64,000 nucleotides of DNA from Centroscyllium fabricii. Lineage: Eukaryota. Location: NCBI GenBank assembly GCA_051313645.2, contig JBNRSN020000012.1, forward strand, positions 69,626,001-69,690,000, given 5' to 3'. This document shows, piece after piece, positions 59,440 through 64,000 of the stretch; within the stretch, counting starts at the first letter, position 1; every line of letters starts with the position of its first letter. A program made the translations under genes and the position numbers. The notes below the pieces were generated by a model. It did not search any database and was not told where the DNA came from. It saw only the letters and a list, made by a program, of their open reading frames with translations.

Positions 59440-62400
59440 TCACAAGTCCAGTCTAGTGGGTTTTACTACAGGTCTTCCAGATCTCGTTCTGAAAGTGTGC
59501 TCCGGACTAGGTGTTTGTGGTCTCGGGGATGACACAGGAGCGTGTGTCTGGGCAGACACCTGTAAGTTGGTTGTGTCCATGACGCTCTCAGGTCCGTCCA
59601 TAGGAATAAGATGGTGCCTGTTTCTACGTACAGTCCCCTGAGGCACGTCTACTATGTAGGATCGTGGTGCTGAGTGTTCATTCACCACAGTCCCAGTGAC
59701 TTTGGCGTCAGTCACCCACACCTGTTGCCCGGATGGGAGACTGCTGAGATCAGACGCTCGGTGACGCTTGTTGTAGCGTGTCAGATCAGCGCTCCTTCTC
59801 TCCTTCTCCTTCGACTTAACTGTGGTGCTGCTCGGCAGTGCTGGGTCCAATAGCGATGGAGAGGTTGGCACAGTGGTGCGGAGCTGGCGCCCCATGAGCA
59901 GCTGAGCAGGACTAAATCCGTTCTGGAGTGGCGTCGATCTGTATGCCCGCAAGGCAAGATACGGATCAGTGGCTTTCTTGAGATTCTTTACCGTCTGAAC
60001 AGCACGTTCTGCTTCTCCGTTGCTTTTCGGATATCTCGGGCGGCTGGTCACATGCTGGAATCCATATGTCGCGGCGAAGGCTGAGAATATGCCACACGAG
60101 AATTGCGGCCCGTTATCAGTCACTGGTGTCTCAGGTACTCCATGACGCGCGAACATTGATTTGAGATGAACTGTAACATCAGTGGACTTAGTGAAGGTGA
60201 GGTTCGCTATCTCAACATACCTCAAGTAATAGTCCACCACCAGCAGGTAAATTTTACCTTTAAGTGCAAACAAATCCGCCCCTAACTTCTGCCAGGGTCT
60301 GTCAGGAAGTTCTGTCTGGATGAGCGGCTCTGCGTGGTTTGTACGTTCCCTGATACATGTTCTACAGCTTAGCACTAGCTCGTTTAGCTGCTGGCTCAGG
60401 CCAGGCCACCACACACTCTGTCGCGCCCGCTCCCTACATTTCACGACGCCCTGATGTCCTTCATGTAGCTTATCGAGGACATCATTCCTTAGGGGTGAAG
60501 GAATGACCAGCCTTGTACCCTTCAGTAGAAGACTGTCCTGTACGGTTAGGAAGGCGCGCTCCGTCCAGTACAGTTTTAAAGTTCCCTCACATGCGTTGTA
60601 CTCAGGTCATCCATCCCGACACATCCGCATAACGGTAGAGCACACGTTATCCGTTTTCAGGTGCTCTCTCAGGTTGTCCAGGTAGGAAACGCTCGCTGGG
60701 AGGTTCTCCATGATGCTGTCCACATAGATGTTTGTGCTCTCCATGAGCTCTGTGTCTGTGTCTACTGCGTTGTTCTCCATCGGTGCTCGTGACAGCGTGT
60801 CTGCGGTCCACAAGCTTTTTCCAGGAACATGAGATATTATGTAAGAATACCTCATCAGTCTCATTCTGAAATGCTGGATCCTGGGGGGTAAGGCAGAGGT
60901 TTATGATCCGTCTCTAACTCAAAGTGTTGGCCCATCAGAAAGTCTCTGAACCTTTCACAGGCCCATGTCAGCGCCAGCGCCTCTTTTTCTACCTGTGCGT
61001 ATCTCTGCTCGACTGGTGAGAGAGATCTGGAAGCGTAGGCGACAGGCCTCCATTCCTCGCCCCGTTTCTGTCGCAGGACCGCTCCCAGTCCGAAACTGGA
61101 CGCGTCTGCTGACGCCTTACTCTCTTTGTTGGGATCATACAGAGCTAGCACAGGTGTGCTCGACAGCTCCTCCTTCAGGCTGTTGAAGGCTTTGACCTGG
61201 TCGACTCCCCAGAGCCAGTGATTTTTCTTAGACAGCAAGTCTGAGTGGTTTATCCTTTTCTGCTTGCTGAGGGATAAACTTTCCTAACTGATTCACCATC
61301 CCCAGGAAGCTGCGTAGCTCAATTACATTGGTGGGCTCCTGCATCTCTCTTACTGCTGCTGTTTTAGTCGGGTCTGACTTTACTCCCTCATCTGTAATTA
61401 CGTGACCCAGGAATTTAACTTCTCTTACTGAGAACTCACATTTCTCCATGTTGAGAGTTATTCCTGCCTTCTCTATCTTCCTCAACACTGCATGAAGACA
61501 AGAGTCATGTTCTGTCTGCGTGCGCCCCCATATTAGTGCATCATCCATATGGCAAACAACGCCCTCTAAGCCCTCAGTGATCTCTGTGACCATTCTATTC
61601 TGGAAGTGCTCGGGTGCCGATGCAATCCCAAAGGGTAACCTATTAAAGTAATACCTCCCAAATGGTGTAATAAAGGTCGTCAGTTTAGCTGATTCTTCGG
61701 CTAGCGGTATTTGCCAGAAGCCCATGTTAGCGTCTAGCTTGCTAAAGATCTGAGCATCAGCTAGTGAGCCTAGAGTCTGCTGTACCGAAGGCAGTATATA
61801 CTTCTCCCTACACACTGACTTGTTTAGCATTGTGAGATCGACACATATGTGAGGCTCTCCTGACTTTTTTGCTACTACTACCATGCCTGAGCACCATTCA
61901 GTGGGCTCCTCTACCCGGCTGATAACTCCTATCCTTTCCATGTGCTCAAGTTCTTTTTTCACCTTTGGCATCAGTGGAAGAGGTACCCGTCGCGGTGTCT
62001 TCAGGGAGAATGGCTCCGCCCCAGGTTTCAGCTTGATGGTGTATGGCTGCTGTATAAGGCCAAGACCGCTGCACAGCTTTGGATAACTGTTTTTCAGTGT
62101 GTCCAGGCCGACGGTGTTGAGTGGTGCCACCAGCTCCAGCTTGGTGATGGCGGGTCTGCCTAGTAGCGCTGTGTGCAGGTTTCTTATCACATACACGTCC
62201 TCTTGTATCTGCTGTCCTCCTTTCTGTAGCGTGATGTTTGAGACTCCCAGGACATCCAGTGGAGTGCATCCTGGTCCCAGTATCGGCCTCTTTGCTTGTT
62301 GAAGTTTTGGAATATCACCTTTGAACACAGTATTAAACACATAGTCAGGGATAACAGTCACATCAGCGCCAGTGTCTATTTTAAATTTGACCTTTCTGTC

Positions 62401-63622
62401 TTTGATCTTCACGTTCACCATCCAAGGATCTCCGCCTGCTGCCACTGTGCCCAGGAATAAGCTGCTGTCCTCCTCTTCTTCTTTTACCTCGTGCACAACT
62501 TTGGAGGATGCACACACGCTTATAGTGGCCTTTCTTGCCACACGCATGACACATTACATCATTAGCAGGGCACTCCGTTTTTGGATGTGAGGGACTGTTT
62601 CCACATTTGAAGCATGATTTTGACTGTGTCTTATTTTTCTCTGTGTACGTTTTGTTTGGCTTGTTAAACTTCTTATTTCTCTGAAATTATTTACCTTTAC
62701 TCACGACTCTATCCACAGAGCATGTCTCCTTAGTATTTTCTCCCCGCAGGTTGCGCTGTTGCTGTCTCACTGCTTCCGTCTGTCTGGCCATTGCCATCGC
62801 TTTTTCTAGCGTGAGGTCTTTATCCAGCTGCATTCTCTCTGACAGGCGCACGTCCGCGAGCCCGACAACCAACCTGTCCCTAATCAGTTTATCATGCAAA
62901 GCTCCGTAGTTACAGTGTTCAGCCAAGGTATACAATGCGGTCACAAAAGAATCGATTGTTTCACCTGTTAGAAACATAGAAACTAGGAGCAGGAGTAGGC
63001 CATTCGGCCCTTCAAGCCTGCTCCGCCATTCAATGAGATCATGGCTGATCATCCAAACCCAGTATCCCGCCCCTGCCCTCTCCCCATATCTCTCGATCCC
63101 TAATCAACACATATCCCACCCTATCCCTGTAACCCCACATATTCAATCCCCCTAACACTAAGGGTCAATTTATCCTGGCCAATCAACCTAACCCGCACAT
63201 CTTTGGACTGTTCCTTGCTTCCTCATATTAAAACATGCTCTTTCATAAATCACGTTCTTCTTCACCACAAAGAATGCCAGAAATCCATCTCTTACTGCGT
63301 CATACTGTAGTTGTTGAGCGTCGGATAGATTCAGTCCTTTCAGAACGTCATCCGCTTCGTCTCCCATACAGTACATAAGAGTGTTCACTTGGTTCGCCTG
63401 TGTGGTTGTATGGAGGTTACTGGCCTGACGGAAGCGCTCAAACCTCCGTATCCACTTTTCCCATTCTTGGGGTTTGGTGAAGTCAAACGGCTCCGGTGGC
63501 TAGATGCTGAATGTAGCACTAGGCCCCGGCACGGGTGGTGGTTGAGCCATCCCCGCGGCTGCTGCTATCTGTTGTGGACTCGGACCGACTTGTTGTCTTC
63601 CGACAACTTCGTCCGTCGACAT
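59440..63622 (-). pseudogene. Disrupted gag-pol polyprotein
   Basis: ATG at 63622 with a premature TAG at ~63501. Two zinc knuckles (CFKCGNSPSH..C, CHACGKKGH..C), protease IDTGAD, RT LPFG and CHMDD, RNase H ADASSFGLGAVL, integrase TDNGPQF and SNGEAERAV. Several frameshifts and a SINE insertion. Confidence 0.93.
62970..63207 (-). mobile_element. 5'-truncated V-SINE inserted in Gypsy gag
   Basis: 3' half of the SINE flanked by CTGTT (62965-62969 and 63208-63212). Excising it restores FNMRKQGTGETIDSFV. Confidence 0.9.
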
Positions 63623-63721
63623 AGTAGCCTAGCTAGCTCTGTTTCACAACTCTCGACCAAACTTCTTCAGAACACGGCAGAACTACTCTCGCTACACTCA
63701 CTTGAAGTCACTCTGACACCA

Positions 63722-63946
63722 TGTCGTATTATTCAAAATTGCGTGTGGGCAAAAACATCAAGAGTGTATATCTTTTGTGTCTTTTATTCCAGCAACCAGA
63801 ACACATGTTACACAGTACTTTTGGTTTCAGTTTCCCTCTCGTTTTCCTGTCACCCGGAACCTCAAGTAATGTACTTTGACCCTCCCATAATGCCCCTTGC
63901 CATTATGCTAATGCACCTTGCCATTATCCTATCAGATTACACCGCA
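63722..63946 (-). repeat. 5' LTR
   Basis: TG...CA termini, followed on the minus strand by the PBS. Confidence 0.95.
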
Positions 63947-64000
63947 GCCGCCTGCCAGCACCTGCCCCCTCTGTCTTCCCCGATTGCCCCCCCCCCCCCC

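Larger units (their letters stand above)
58968..63946 (-). mobile_element. Full-length degenerate Ty3/Gypsy LTR retrotransposon (Mag-like)
   Basis: 225-bp LTRs at 58968-59192 and 63722-63946. 5-bp TSD GCCGC. PBS TGGTGTCAGAGTG (63709-63721). PPT AAAAGGGGAGA (59193-59203). Domain order gag-PR-RT-RH-IN. Confidence 0.97.

Overview
Eukaryotic (vertebrate) genomic DNA. The repeat content (tRNA-derived V-SINEs with CR1 tails, DeuSINE/SacSINE-like elements, abundant CR1) suggests a cartilaginous fish; that taxon call is inferred. The + strand carries the 3' part of an ACAP2-type gene (PH, ArfGAP and ankyrin exons, 2417-35206), followed in the same orientation by the promoter and first coding exon of XXYLT1 (49854-50360), the gene order known from other vertebrates. 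All exons were read by hand, have AG/GT boundaries, and their splice phases chain in frame. Most of the rest is transposon-derived: CR1, L2, Vingi, RTE and Rex1 LINEs, SINEs, Tc1/pogo- and Harbinger-type MITEs, Penelope-derived inserts and one full-length degenerate Gypsy (Mag-like) LTR element. Highlights: (1) the one ACAP gene encodes both an ACAP3-type and an ACAP2-type C-terminus, plus an ACAP3-like cassette exon and one or two microexons; (2) eight Penelope-derived inserts with 9-15 bp target duplications carry minimal hammerhead ribozyme cores, and two fold-back copies bracket the XXYLT1 promoter and exon 1; (3) an inverted SINE pair flanks an in-frame five-exon block. Family names and paralog comparisons are from recall, not database searches. 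Boundaries of old repeats are approximate.
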